64,000 nucleotides of DNA from an uncultured delta proteobacterium (GCA_963727485.1 CAVSGM010000002.1:1408001-1472000); one strand, 5' to 3'. Counted from the first letter of the stretch, positions 1-10,054 are shown. Notes: generated by a model from the letters alone, not told the origin. Made by a program: numbers and translations.

Positions 1-103
1 GCCCCGCCCTGGCGGCCCCCCGGGCCCGGGCGGGTCTCGGACGACCAGATGTCATAGACTCGCCCCGCCCGAGGTCGCCGGGCCCCGCATGGGGAGGTGA
101 GCC

Positions 104-826
104 ATGGCCGAGACCGACGCCACGCCCGAACGCGATGCCGCTGGCCGCTACCGCAGCCCGGTGGACGAGGCCACCGAGCGCCTGCGCCACGAGGGCCGGC
201 GCCTCCGCGGTCGCCTGGATCGCTCCCGGCGGGTGGTGCTCCGGGACTTCCTCATCTACGAGCTCAAGCTCTTCCTCGACGGCCTCAAGGGCGCGGTGAT
301 GGGCCTTCTGACCATCCCCGCCATCGTCCTCGACCTCGTCCACCCCGGCGAGCGGCCGGGCCACCGGTTCTACGGGGTGATGCGCCTCGGCGAGCGCCTC
401 GACCGCTGGCTCTCGCTCTACGGCGTCGCCGAGGCGGCGGAGCGGGACCCGGACGGGATGTTCGGGGTCAGCCGCGCCGGCAGCCCCACCCTCCTCGGGC
501 GCCTCGAGGCGGTGGTGGACCGCGCGGTGGTGGGCCACGACGCCGACCACCTGGGCGAGGACCCGCCGGCGCCCGCCGGGCCGGACGCCGACGACCCGGG
601 GACCAATCCCCACGACGCGGGGACCGATCCCGAAGCCGCCAATCCGTCGGACGCCTCCGGTCCCGGCCACGCCGCGCCACCCCGGCCACCCCGGGCCGCC
701 CGGGTCGCAGGCGACCTCTTCGACCACGGCCTCGAGGTCCTCGATCGCGCCGTCGACGTCCTCGACAAGCCCGCCCCCGAGGCGGCGCCGGAGGCCACCG
801 GCGACGCGCCGGATCAGCCGGTGTAG
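104..826 (+). CDS. Hypothetical protein (240 aa) with acidic/Pro-rich C-terminal tail
   Basis: ATG preceded by GGAGG; GC3-biased frame; globular-looking N-terminal half (RDFLIYELKLFLDGLKG...GERLDRWLSLYG); no family recognised. Confidence 0.7.
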   Translation: MAETDATPERDAAGRYRSPVDEATERLRHEGRRLRGRLDRSRRVVLRDFLIYELKLFLDGLKGAVMGLLTIPAIVLDLVHPGERPGHRFYGVMRLGERLDRWLSLYGVAEAAERDPDGMFGVSRAGSPTLLGRLEAVVDRAVVGHDADHLGEDPPAPAGPDADDPGTNPHDAGTDPEAANPSDASGPGHAAPPRPPRAARVAGDLFDHGLEVLDRAVDVLDKPAPEAAPEATGDAPDQPV

Positions 827-2329
827 ACCTCGTCCTGCTCGATCCGCGAGAGCACCCAGTCGAACTTCCCGGTGGTCACCGTGGCCCCGCAGTACTCGCA
901 CTCGCCGGCCATGGTGATCTTGTCGAGCGGCGCCCCGCAGTTGGGGCACACCGGGTCGCTCGTCGCCTGCTTGCCCGCGGTGCCGGTGCCCCGGATCAGG
1001 GTCCAGTACTCGGAGTAGCGCCGCGCGCGGCTCTTGCTCCCGCCGACCACGTGGTGGTCGCTGTCGCGCACGGTGTAGTCGAGGCCGGTGGCGTACACGC
1101 GCACGGTGATGGCGTCGTACCACTTGTCGTGGGTCACCGCCGCCGGCTGCACCCGCTCCACGCGCATCTGCTCCAGGACGTTGGTGAGCTTCGCCTGCTG
1201 GTAGGCGTCAATCCAGAACTGCTGCATGTGGAAGAGGTTGTCGCTGACGAAGGGCCGGGCCTTCTGCCAGTCGCGGGTGGTCCAGGCGGTGTTCAGGGCG
1301 TCGTAGATCAGCCGGAGGCGCTGCTCGAAGGCGGGCCAGTCGAAGGTCGGGTCGCGCGCCTGGAGATTGGCGAGGCGCGCCTGGAGGTCCGGGGCGAGGA
1401 CGCTGGGGAGGTTCGTGCCCTCCTCGGCGGTGGTGCCGGTGAGCTGGGGCCCGCGGGCCTGGCGCTCGATGAGCTCCACCTGCTGCACCACCCAGTCGAA
1501 GGCGCCGGTGTCCACCCGGTTGCCGCAGTAGGCGCAGGTGGCGCCGTGGATCTCCGAGAGGGCGGCGCCGCAGCTGGGGCAGGCGAAGACCGCGGCCTTC
1601 TCCGGGGGCCTCGACTGCACCCCGTGACGCCGGAAGAGGCGCCAGGCCTCGGCGACGTAGTAGGTCTGCTGCTTCCCGCCGGCGCGGACCTCGGTGTAGT
1701 TCGCCTCGAAGGCGACGTCGACGCTGACCCCGATGCTGTGCTGCTCCAGGCCGGAGATGGTCACGTAGCGCATGGCGCCGACCACCACCGTGTGGACCCC
1801 GGTGAGGCCCTCCGAGAATCGCCGCCAGGCCGGTCCGGGTGGCCTCGGTGAGCCAGGGCGAGAGCGTCTCCAGCTCGCCGTTGCCCCGGGCCTCGTGGGT
1901 GCGGGCGTAGAGGGCGTAGAGGAAGTCCTCGAAGAGGATCACCGAGAAGTTCTGGTCCTCCATCGCCAGGCTCTGGAGCTGGCGGCGGCGGGAGACCCGC
2001 GGGGCCATGGGCGGGGGCACCACCGTCTGGGTGGACCACTCGGCGCGCTGCCCCTCCCGGTTCCGGTTGAACAGGTAGACGAGGCCCACGATGACCGCCA
2101 GGGGGATCCCGATGGCCGGGTGGACGATGATGAGCCAGATGAGGAGCCCCAGGCCATCCCCGCCGCCGCCGCCGTGGCCCCCGCCGCCGCCGTGGAAGCC
2201 GCCGGAGAAGGAGCCGCCGCCCCCGGGCCGGGCGAGCGCCGGGTGGGCGAGGAGGAGCAGCGGGAGGACGATGGCCAAGGCGAGCAGGCCGAGGCGGAGG
2301 AGGCGGCGGAGTCGGGGCGAGGGGCTCAT
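814..2329 (-). CDS. Membrane-anchored Tim44-like domain protein with two CxxC..CxxC zinc ribbons (apparent frameshift ~1820)
   Basis: Signal peptide, RPGGGGSFSGG Gly-rich segment and TM helix in ORF 1208..2485; continues in ORF 814..1788 with DPTFDWPAFEQR, YSEYWTLIR, CPSCG..CAYC and CPNCG..CEYC. Confidence 0.75.
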
Positions 2330-2949
2330 GACGCGTCCACCGTGTCCGGGAGCTCGTTGACGTCGTCGTCGGCGTGGGGCAGGGCCGGGGCGAGGACGCC
2401 GCCGAAGTCGGCGAGGGCGGCGACGAAGCCGTCGACGTCTCCGCCGCGGAAGGCCCGATCGAGGCGGCCGACGGCCTCGGCCCATCCCTTGACCTCCCCG
2501 GGGACGACGCCGGCGTCGGGGACCAGGACCGCCCGGCGCTCGAAGGCCGAGAGGAACACCAGGATCCCGGTGCGCCCGGTGGTCCGCGAGATGCCCAGGG
2601 CGTGGAACGCCGCCTGCGCCGCCTGCGCCGCCTGGCGATCGAGGCGCCGGCGGGTGAGCAGGAGCCGGCGCATCGGCGGCACCCAGGCCGACAGCGCGGT
2701 GCCCAGGGCGAAGCCGAGGGCCACGTCGAAGGGGAAGGTCCAGAGGGTGAAGGTCTGGGGGAGCCAGAGGAGCAGGGTCAGGACCCCGAGGCCGAAGCCG
2801 AGGCCCCAGAGGTAGTCCGGGTCCCGGTAGGGACCGGAGGCCCGGCGCACGGCGACCACCAGCTCCGCCGAGGTCTTGGCCTCGGCCCGGCCGATGGCCT
2901 CGGCGGTGCGCTTGCGGGCGTCGTCACCGAAGAAGGCGGTCAGGGACAT
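2326..2949 (-). CDS. TPM (DUF477-like) domain membrane protein
   Basis: AIGRAEAKTSAELVVAV, two TM helices, TTGRTGILVFLSAFERRAVLVPDAG, C-terminal DDVNELPD; ATGA overlap with the next gene. Confidence 0.85.
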   Translation of the reverse strand: MSLTAFFGDDARKRTAEAIGRAEAKTSAELVVAVRRASGPYRDPDYLWGLGFGLGVLTLLLWLPQTFTLWTFPFDVALGFALGTALSAWVPPMRRLLLTRRRLDRQAAQAAQAAFHALGISRTTGRTGILVFLSAFERRAVLVPDAGVVPGEVKGWAEAVGRLDRAFRGGDVDGFVAALADFGGVLAPALPHADDDVNELPDTVDAS

Positions 2950-2986
2950 GCCTCCCTGTTACCACCGCCCACGGCCGGCGTCAGCG

Positions 2987-3628
2987 TCAGACGCGGACCA
3001 AACCCCGGGAGAGCGCCACCGCCGCCGCCTCGGTCTTCGAGCCCACCTCGAGCTTCTTGTAGATGCTCTTCACGTGGCTCTGCACCGTGCCCAGGCCGAT
3101 GCCCAGGCGCTGGGCGACCACCGCGTAGGTCTCGCCCCGGGCGAGGCGCTCGAGGACCTCGGCCTCCCGTCGGGTGAGGTCCTCGAGGGGCGCCGCCGGC
3201 GCGGCGGTGCCCAGGGCGTCGAGGACGGTCCGGGCGATGCGGGGGGTCAGGGGCGCGCCGCCGACCGCGGCCTCGCGGATGGCGGCGAGGAGGCGGTCCG
3301 GGGGCGTGCCCTTGAGCAGGTAGCCCCGGGCGCCGGCGCGGATGGCGTCGACGATGGCCGCCGGGTCGTCCTCGACGGTGAAGGCGACCAGGCAGGCGCC
3401 GGGCCGCAGGCGCCGCAGCTCGGAGAGGACCCGGGTGCCCGGGACGTCCGGGAGGCCGAGGTCGACGAGGGCCACGTCGAACTCGCCCCCCGCCGCCACG
3501 AAGTCCATGGCCTCGCCTCCGGTGGCGAACGCCCCGGCGAGGCCCAGGCCCTCGCTGCTCCAGCTCACCAGGCGGGTGAGGCTGGTGCGCACGCTGCGGC
3601 TGTCGTCGACGATCAGGACCGAGGTCAT
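2987..3628 (-). CDS. NarL/LuxR-family response regulator
   Basis: VLIVDD, VDLGLPD phospho-acceptor, GYLLKG, HTH LTRREAEVL...TVQSHVKSIYKKL. Confidence 0.92.
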   Translation of the reverse strand: MTSVLIVDDSRSVRTSLTRLVSWSSEGLGLAGAFATGGEAMDFVAAGGEFDVALVDLGLPDVPGTRVLSELRRLRPGACLVAFTVEDDPAAIVDAIRAGARGYLLKGTPPDRLLAAIREAAVGGAPLTPRIARTVLDALGTAAPAAPLEDLTRREAEVLERLARGETYAVVAQRLGIGLGTVQSHVKSIYKKLEVGSKTEAAAVALSRGLVRV

Positions 3629-3737
3629 GGCTTCCCCCTGGAGCGCCTGCCGCGACGACGGATCGCGGCCGTCGTCGGAGTAGCGCATCGGGGGCGAGGT
3701 GGGAAGGGTCGCGGGGGCGCGGCCCGGCGCCAGGCCC

Positions 3738-5096
3738 TCAGCCGATGGTCTTCTCCAGGGTCTCCACCGCCTGGCGCAACGAGAGGTCGGTGCGCAGCAG
3801 CCGGTCGATCTTCTTGCAGGCGCTCATCACCGTGGAGTGGTCCTTGCCCCCGAAGCTCTTGCCGATGTCGGGGAAGGAGAGGTCGGTGAGCTTGCGGGTC
3901 AGGTACATGGCGACCTGCCGCGGCAGGGCCACCTGCTTGTGGCGCCGGTGGCTGCGCAGGTCGGCGACCCGGACGTTGTAGAAGCTCGCCACGGTGCGCA
4001 GGATGTGCTCCACGTCGGGCTTCTGCCCCTTGAGGGCCAGGACGTCCTTGAGCACCTCCCGGGCCAGCTCGATGGTGACCTCCTGGCCGGTGAGGGAGGC
4101 GAAGGCCTCGACGCGGATGAGCGAGCCCTCGAGCTCGCGGACGTTGCTCTTGATGTGGGTGGCGAGGAACATCGCCACGTCCTCGGGGAGCTCGATGCGG
4201 TCGAGCTGGGCCTTCTTCTCGAGGATGGCCACCCGGGTCTCGAGCTCGGGGGGCTGGACGTCGGCGATGAGGCCCCACTGGAAGCGGCTGGAGAGGCGCT
4301 CCTCGAGGCCGCCAATCTCGTTGGGGAACTTGTCGGAGGTGACGACAATCTGCCGCTTGGTCTCGTAGAGGTTGTTGAAGGTGTGGAAGAACTCCTCCTG
4401 GGTGCGGTCCTTGCCGGCGATGAACTGGATGTCGTCCATCAGCAGCACGTCGCACTGCTCCCGGTACTTCTGGCGCAGCGAGTCCATCTGGTTGTCCCGG
4501 ATGGAGACGATGACCTCGTTGGTGAAGGTCTCGGCGGAGAGCAGGAGGATGTGCCAGTCGGGGTGCTGGCGCTGGATCTGGAGGCCGATGGCGTTGAGGA
4601 GGTGGGTCTTGCCCAGGCCCACGCCCCCGAAGATGAACAGGGGGTTGTAGTTGGTGGCGGGGCGCTCGGCGACGGCCTTGCAGGCGGCGTAGGCGAACTG
4701 GTTGGAGGCGCCGCAGACGAAGGAGTCGAAGCTGTACTTCTCCGAGAGGCGCCGCAGGCCCCGGCCGCCGGCGGGGGTGGGGGCCGGGCGCCCCGCGGGG
4801 GCCGGGGGCGTGGGGGCGGGCCGGGGGCCGGGCGCCGGGGCGGCGGCGGCGACGCCGTCGGGGTCGACGATCACGTCCACGGCCAGGGGGTGGCCGGCGG
4901 TGGCGGTCACCTGCTCCTCGAGGAAGCCGTGGTAGTGGTCGATGACCCAGTCGCGGATGAACTTGCTGGGCAGGCCGAGGGTCAGCTTCTCCTCGGTCTC
5001 CTCGAGACAACGCATGGGCTCGAAGTAGGTCCGGAAGACGTGGTCGTTGAGCCTGGGTGCGATGGTCTCGAGGGTTCGGTGCCAGGTGGTGGTCAT
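3738..5096 (-). CDS. dnaA: Chromosomal replication initiator DnaA
   Basis: YNPLFIFGGVGLGKTHLL Walker A, LLMDDIQF Walker B, QEEFFHTFN, RLSSRF, domain IV GGKDHSTV. Confidence 0.99.
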   Translation of the reverse strand: MTTTWHRTLETIAPRLNDHVFRTYFEPMRCLEETEEKLTLGLPSKFIRDWVIDHYHGFLEEQVTATAGHPLAVDVIVDPDGVAAAAPAPGPRPAPTPPAPAGRPAPTPAGGRGLRRLSEKYSFDSFVCGASNQFAYAACKAVAERPATNYNPLFIFGGVGLGKTHLLNAIGLQIQRQHPDWHILLLSAETFTNEVIVSIRDNQMDSLRQKYREQCDVLLMDDIQFIAGKDRTQEEFFHTFNNLYETKRQIVVTSDKFPNEIGGLEERLSSRFQWGLIADVQPPELETRVAILEKKAQLDRIELPEDVAMFLATHIKSNVRELEGSLIRVEAFASLTGQEVTIELAREVLKDVLALKGQKPDVEHILRTVASFYNVRVADLRSHRRHKQVALPRQVAMYLTRKLTDLSFPDIGKSFGGKDHSTVMSACKKIDRLLRTDLSLRQAVETLEKTIG

Positions 5097-5707
5097 GGCT
5101 CGCCTCACCGGGTCGAGGCCGGGCGTTCTCCACAGGTCGCCCACAGCTGTGGACAGGCCCATGGGCGCTCCAAGTGGTCGAAAAAGTTACACGAATCCCA
5201 ATGAAGCAGGAGCGAGTGGACCCGGCCCGTCGCCTGCCCGCGAAGTCCCGAGTGCGAGCGGCATGGGCCGGGGCCGCCGGGCCCCCCCTGCTGGGTGACG
5301 GCGAAGGTAGCAAGGCGGGAATCGAGCGATCAGAATCATTTTTGGCCGGGGTTCGTACCGCCCCGCGATCCTTGAAGGATCGGGGATCGCCCGATCGGGT
5401 GTCCCGCCCGCTGCCCCGGGACGGGTCGGCCCCCTGAGGTGACAAGTCCTCGACATCAAAGGGAAATTCCCGAAACGGCGCCCGCCGGGCCGGCCCCCGG
5501 GGGACCCAAGCGCCCGGATCCACGGGGGATCCGCCGACCGGTCGGGGCCCCTACCGGCCCGGGGGCGGCGCGGCGGGGCCCAGGCCGACCGGGCCGGGGC
5601 ACCGGGGGCGGCGGAGGACGCCTCCTTGACACCCCGGCCGCCGTGTGGATACTCACCGACCTTTCTCCACACCCCCCCTCACCGGCGGGGCCTCCGAGGA
5701 TGTCGTC
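5097..5707. promoter_or_regulatory. dnaA-rpmH divergent intergenic region, candidate oriC / DnaA-box cluster
   Basis: DnaA-box-like 9-mers TTCTCCACA 5126-5134, TGTGGACAG 5148-5156, TGTGGATAC 5644-5652, TTCTCCACA 5663-5671; short AT-rich patches near 5180-5205, 5320-5345 and 5455-5477; TTGACA(5626)-16 bp-GATACT(5648) promoter-like element toward rpmH. Confidence 0.7.
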
Positions 5708-5860
5708 ATGAAGCGGACTTACCAGCCGAGCCGGGTGAAGCGGAACCGGACCCACGGGTTTCGCAAGCGCATGTCCACCAAGGGTGGGCGGCTCGTCCTC
5801 AAGCGTCGTCGGCAGAAGGGCCGCAAGCGCCTCGCCGTGCGCACGGCCACCCGCAAGTAG
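5708..5860 (+). CDS. rpmH: 50S ribosomal protein L34
   Basis: [44 protein letters not shown]. Confidence 0.99.
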   Translation: MKRTYQPSRVKRNRTHGFRKRMSTKGGRLVLKRRRQKGRKRLAVRTATRK

Positions 5861-5881
5861 GTCGGCGGCCCCATCGACGCG

Positions 5882-6226
5882 GTGGCTCAGCGGCTGACCC
5901 GTGCCGAGCGGCTGCGTCGTCGCGGTGACTTCCTTAGAGTCCAGCGGCGGGGCCGGTCGGTGTCCCAGCCCCTCCTGGTGGTCGCCGTGTCAGAAAACGG
6001 GCTTGACCATCGACGTCTCGGGGTCACCGTCTCCTCCCGAATCGGAAACGCGGTCGCGCGCAACCGGGTCAAGCGCTGGCTGCGGCAACTCTACCGGAAG
6101 CACCGAAGCAGGCTGCCCGAAGGTGTCGACGTGGTCCTCATCGCTCGCCGGGGGAGCCCCGACGCCGGCTACCACCGGCTCGAGGACGCGTTCCTCACGT
6201 GCGCCGATCGCCTCCGGGGCGGTTGA
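5882..6226 (+). CDS. rnpA: Ribonuclease P protein component
   Basis: [35 protein letters not shown] motif; canonical position after rpmH. Confidence 0.97.
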   Translation: MAQRLTRAERLRRRGDFLRVQRRGRSVSQPLLVVAVSENGLDHRRLGVTVSSRIGNAVARNRVKRWLRQLYRKHRSRLPEGVDVVLIARRGSPDAGYHRLEDAFLTCADRLRGG

Positions 6227-6242
6227 CGCCGGGGTGCCCGCG

Positions 6243-6617
6243 GTGACCGGAACGGCCGAGGGATCCGGCGCCCACGGCCCCCACTGCGACCACGGGGCCC
6301 CCGAGCTCCCGGCCCCCCGGCCCCCCCGCCCCCGCGGCGGGCTTCTCGGTGCCCTCGCCGGCGCCGGCCGTCTCCTCGGCCGGGGCCTCGCCGCGGTGAT
6401 GCTGGCCCTCATCTGGGTCTACCGCCACGGGGTGTCGCCGTACCTGCCGCCCTCGTGCCGGTACCAGCCCACCTGCTCCAGCTACGCCGCCGAGGCCATC
6501 CGGGTCCACGGACCGTGGCATGGCGGCTGGCTCGCCGTCCGACGGATCGGCCGCTGCCACCCCTTCAGCGCCGGGGGCTACGACCCGGTGCCTCCCCCGC
6601 CGGAACAGAGAGGCTGA
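6243..6617 (+). CDS. yidD: Membrane protein insertion efficiency factor YidD (start uncertain)
   Basis: [27 protein letters not shown]...[17 protein letters not shown]; synteny. Confidence 0.93.
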   Translation: MTGTAEGSGAHGPHCDHGAPELPAPRPPRPRGGLLGALAGAGRLLGRGLAAVMLALIWVYRHGVSPYLPPSCRYQPTCSSYAAEAIRVHGPWHGGWLAVRRIGRCHPFSAGGYDPVPPPPEQRG

Positions 6618-6624
6618 CCACGTC

Positions 6625-8448
6625 ATGGAGGACAGTCGTCGGGTCTTCATCGCCATCCTGGCCAGCCTGGCCATCCTGCTGGTGTGGCAGGAGCTGGGGC
6701 CGAGGCTCTTCCCCCAGTGGTTCCCCACCCCGCCGGTCCCCGGCGCCGTGGACGGGGGCACCCCGGGCCAGGCCGTGGCCGCGGCAGACGGAGGCGCGGC
6801 CGCCCAGGCCGCCGCCGCCCCCGACGGAGGGGCCGCCGCCCAGGTCGCCGTGACCGCCGGGGCCGACGGGGGCACCCCGGGCCAGGCCGCGGTCGCCGCC
6901 GGCACGCAGGCCAAGCCCGCCAAGCCCGCGCCTCCCAAGAACGTCCCCCCGGCCCAGCCGGCGAAGACCGTGGTGATCCACAACGACGTGGTCCGCGCCA
7001 CCTTCTCCACCCAGGGCGGGGCGGTGGCCCACTGGGTGCTCCTGGGCAAGCGCCTCACCGAGAACGTGCCCCCGGGGCACAAGGGCAAGGCCCCCCAGAT
7101 CGACCTGGTCCAGCTCGACCCCGGCCAGCCCCTGCCCTTCTCGACCACCTTCGCCGAGCTCCCCTGGCCCGCCGACGCCAGCTACACCGTCGCCGCCAGG
7201 ACCGACCACTCGGTGACCTTCCGGGCGAGCGCCGGCGGGATCACCGTGGAGAAGACCTTCACCCTCACCCCGGGCCGCTTCGACCTGGGCTTCTCCCTGA
7301 AGGCCACCGACGCCAGCGGCGCGGCGCGCAAGCTCACCCCCACCGTCCTCCTCGCCCGGAGCTTCACCCCGCCCAAGGTCAAGGGCGGGCTGCTCTCGCA
7401 CCTCTCCCGGAGCCTCCCCGACGTGGTCCAGGCGGCCTGCGCCGTCCAGGGCAAGCTCGAGACCCGGCACTACGACAAGGACAAGAGCCCCTACGCCCAC
7501 ACCGGCGAGGTGGACTGGACCGGCATCGACTCCCGGTACTTCCTCACCGCGGTGTTCCTGGGCAAGCCCGCCTTCGAGGGGGAGACCGATCCCGCCGGCA
7601 GCGCCACCTGCACCGCCGGCGCCCCCACCGAGCACCACTTCGAGTCGCGGCTCACCGCCCCGGCGCTCACCATCCCCGCCGGCGGCTCCGCCTCCCTGCG
7701 CCTCACCGGCTTCCTCGGCCCCAAGTTCCGCGGGCGCCTGACCGCCTACGGCCACCACCTCGACAAGTCGATCAGCTTCGGCTTCTTCACCCTCCTGGCG
7801 TTGCCGCTCCTGGGCCTGCTCACCTTCCTCCAGGGGCTGGTGGGCAACTGGGGCTGGGCGGTCATCCTCCTCACCGTCCTGGTGCGCCTGGCCCTCTTCC
7901 CGCTGACCGGCTGGTCCATGAAGTCCATGGAGAAGATGAAGCTGGTGCAGCCGAAGATCAAAGAGCTCAAGGACAAGTACGGCAAGGACCAGCAGCGCTT
8001 CCAGCAGGAGATGATGAAGCTCTACAAGGACGAGGGGGTGAACCCGCTCTCGGGCTGCCTGCCGATGATCCTCCAGCTGCCGCTGCTCTTCGCCCTCTAC
8101 GAGATGATCCTGCGGACCGCGGAGCTCTACCACGCGCCGTTCATCCTCGGCTGGCTCTCCGACCTCTCGGCGCCGGAGCCGGGGCTCATCAAGATCCTGC
8201 CCATCGCCATGGGCATCACCATGCTCATCACCCAGAAGATGCAGCCCCAGGCGACCACCGGCGACGACACCCAGGCGAAGATGCAGAAGGGCATGCTCTA
8301 CTTCATGCCCCCGTTCCTGGTGCTCATCAGCTACCAGCTCCCCAGCGGCGTGGTCCTCTACTGGTTCGTGTCGAACCTCCTGTCCATCTTCCAGCAGCTC
8401 TGGATCCGCCGGAAGCAGCAGCAGGCCGCGGCGGCGGCGGCGGCCTAG
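6625..8448 (+). CDS. yidC: Membrane protein insertase YidC
   Basis: N-terminal TM, periplasmic domain, NWGWAVILLTVLVRL, QQEMMKLYK, NPLSGCLP, LYWFVSNLLSIFQQ. Confidence 0.98.
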   Translation: MEDSRRVFIAILASLAILLVWQELGPRLFPQWFPTPPVPGAVDGGTPGQAVAAADGGAAAQAAAAPDGGAAAQVAVTAGADGGTPGQAAVAAGTQAKPAKPAPPKNVPPAQPAKTVVIHNDVVRATFSTQGGAVAHWVLLGKRLTENVPPGHKGKAPQIDLVQLDPGQPLPFSTTFAELPWPADASYTVAARTDHSVTFRASAGGITVEKTFTLTPGRFDLGFSLKATDASGAARKLTPTVLLARSFTPPKVKGGLLSHLSRSLPDVVQAACAVQGKLETRHYDKDKSPYAHTGEVDWTGIDSRYFLTAVFLGKPAFEGETDPAGSATCTAGAPTEHHFESRLTAPALTIPAGGSASLRLTGFLGPKFRGRLTAYGHHLDKSISFGFFTLLALPLLGLLTFLQGLVGNWGWAVILLTVLVRLALFPLTGWSMKSMEKMKLVQPKIKELKDKYGKDQQRFQQEMMKLYKDEGVNPLSGCLPMILQLPLLFALYEMILRTAELYHAPFILGWLSDLSAPEPGLIKILPIAMGITMLITQKMQPQATTGDDTQAKMQKGMLYFMPPFLVLISYQLPSGVVLYWFVSNLLSIFQQLWIRRKQQQAAAAAAA

Positions 8449-8458
8449 GCCCGGCGCG

Positions 8459-8683
8459 ATGGCCGACACCCCCCGGAAGCCGAGGAAGAACCCGGTCCTC
8501 ACCGCCGCGGTGCTCAAGGTGTCCCTGACCCTGCGCGGGGGCGACGCCCGGATCTTCGAGGAGATCTACCAGGGCGTGCTCCGGGACTTCGAGCTCACCG
8601 ACGCCGACGTCGAGGCCTACATCGACGCCCACCGGGACCAGGTCGAGCGCCTGGCCCGGGGCGAGCGGGATGGCGACGGCTAG
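8459..8683 (+). CDS. Small hypothetical protein (74 aa)
   Basis: Clean GC3-biased ORF filling the gap between yidC and mnmE and overlapping the mnmE start; no family recognised. Confidence 0.7.
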   Translation: MADTPRKPRKNPVLTAAVLKVSLTLRGGDARIFEEIYQGVLRDFELTDADVEAYIDAHRDQVERLARGERDGDG

Positions 8684-10049
8684 ACCGGCCCCGACCATCG
8701 CCGCCCTCGCCACCGCGGTGGGGCCGGCGGGGGTCAGCGTGGTGCGGGTGAGCGGGCCCGGGGCCCACGCGGTGGCCCGGCGCGTGTGCCCGGGGCTCCC
8801 GGACGAGGTGCCCTGGCGCCGGCTCACCCTGGCGCAGGTGGTCCACCCGGTCACCTTGGCCTTCGTCGACGAGGCGCTGGTGGTCCTCTTCGGCGCCGGG
8901 GCCTCGTTCACCGGGGAGCCGGTGGCCGAGGTCCACGGCCACGGGGGGGTGGCCCAGTCCCGCGCCCTCCTCGACGCGGTCCTCGCCGCCGGCGCCGAGC
9001 CCGCCGGCCCCGGCGCCTTCACCCGGAGGGCGGTGGCGAGCGGGCGCCTCGACCTCGCCCGGGCCGAGGGCCTCGCCGAGGTGGTCGCCGCCGGCCACGC
9101 CGCCGCCCTCTCCGCCGCGCGGTCCCTGCTCGGGGGCGCCCTCTCGGCGCGGGTCACGGCGCTGGTCGACCGGGTCGACGAGGTGACCGCCGAGGTGGAG
9201 GCGGTCCTCGACTTCCCCGAGGCGGTGACCCCGGAGGACGAGGCCGCCTGGCCGGCGCGCCTGGCCGCCCTCGCCGCCGAGGTCGACGCCCTCGCCGCCT
9301 CCTACGACCGGGGGCGGCGGCTGCGGGCCGGGGCCCGGGTGGTGCTCCTGGGCCCGGTGAACGCCGGGAAGAGCTCGCTGTTCAACGCCCTCGCCGGCCA
9401 CGACCGGGCCCTGGTCGATGCCGAGCCGGGGACCACCCGGGACCTGGTGGAGGCGACCGTGGCCCTCGGCGGGGCCGAGGCGGTCCTGGTCGACGGGGCC
9501 GGGCTCCGGGGGGGCGCCGGGCGGGTGGAGGCCGCGGGGATCGCCCGCATCGCCACCGCGGCCGCCGACGCCGACGGGGTGGTGGTGGTCGCGGACACGG
9601 CGGTGGCCCCTGGGGCAGACCTCGAGCGGGTCGCCGAGGCCGCCGCCGGGACCGCGCCGGTGGTGGTGGCGGCGAGCAAGGCGGATCTCGGCGGCGCCTT
9701 CCAGGATGCGGTGGCGCAGCGGTTCCCCGGCCGGCCGGTGGTGGCGGTCAGCAGCGTCACCGGCGCGGGCCTCGAGGCCTTGAGGTCGGCCCTCGCCGAG
9801 GCTCTGGACGCCCGGCCGGTGGCCGAGGGCGAGGTGGTGGTGAGCCTCGCCCGGCACCACGCGGCCCTGGTCGACGCCGGGGGCTGCCTCGAGGCCGCCG
9901 CCACGGTGCTCGCCGACGCGGGGCCCCTGGACGCCGCCGCCGAGGAGCTCCGGGGGGCCCGGGGCGCTCTGGCGGGGGTGATCGACCGGGGCGCGGTGGC
10001 CGAGGAGGTCCTGGACCGGATCTTCGCCCGGTTCTGCATCGGCAAGTAG
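8670..10049 (+). CDS. mnmE: tRNA modification GTPase MnmE
   Basis: TIAALAT, SFTGE..EVHGHGG, GPVNAGKSSLFNAL, GTTRD, C-terminal IFARFCIGK. Confidence 0.96.
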   Translation: MATARPAPTIAALATAVGPAGVSVVRVSGPGAHAVARRVCPGLPDEVPWRRLTLAQVVHPVTLAFVDEALVVLFGAGASFTGEPVAEVHGHGGVAQSRALLDAVLAAGAEPAGPGAFTRRAVASGRLDLARAEGLAEVVAAGHAAALSAARSLLGGALSARVTALVDRVDEVTAEVEAVLDFPEAVTPEDEAAWPARLAALAAEVDALAASYDRGRRLRAGARVVLLGPVNAGKSSLFNALAGHDRALVDAEPGTTRDLVEATVALGGAEAVLVDGAGLRGGAGRVEAAGIARIATAAADADGVVVVADTAVAPGADLERVAEAAAGTAPVVVAASKADLGGAFQDAVAQRFPGRPVVAVSSVTGAGLEALRSALAEALDARPVAEGEVVVSLARHHAALVDAGGCLEAAATVLADAGPLDAAAEELRGARGALAGVIDRGAVAEEVLDRIFARFCIGK

Positions 10050-10054
10050 CCCGG

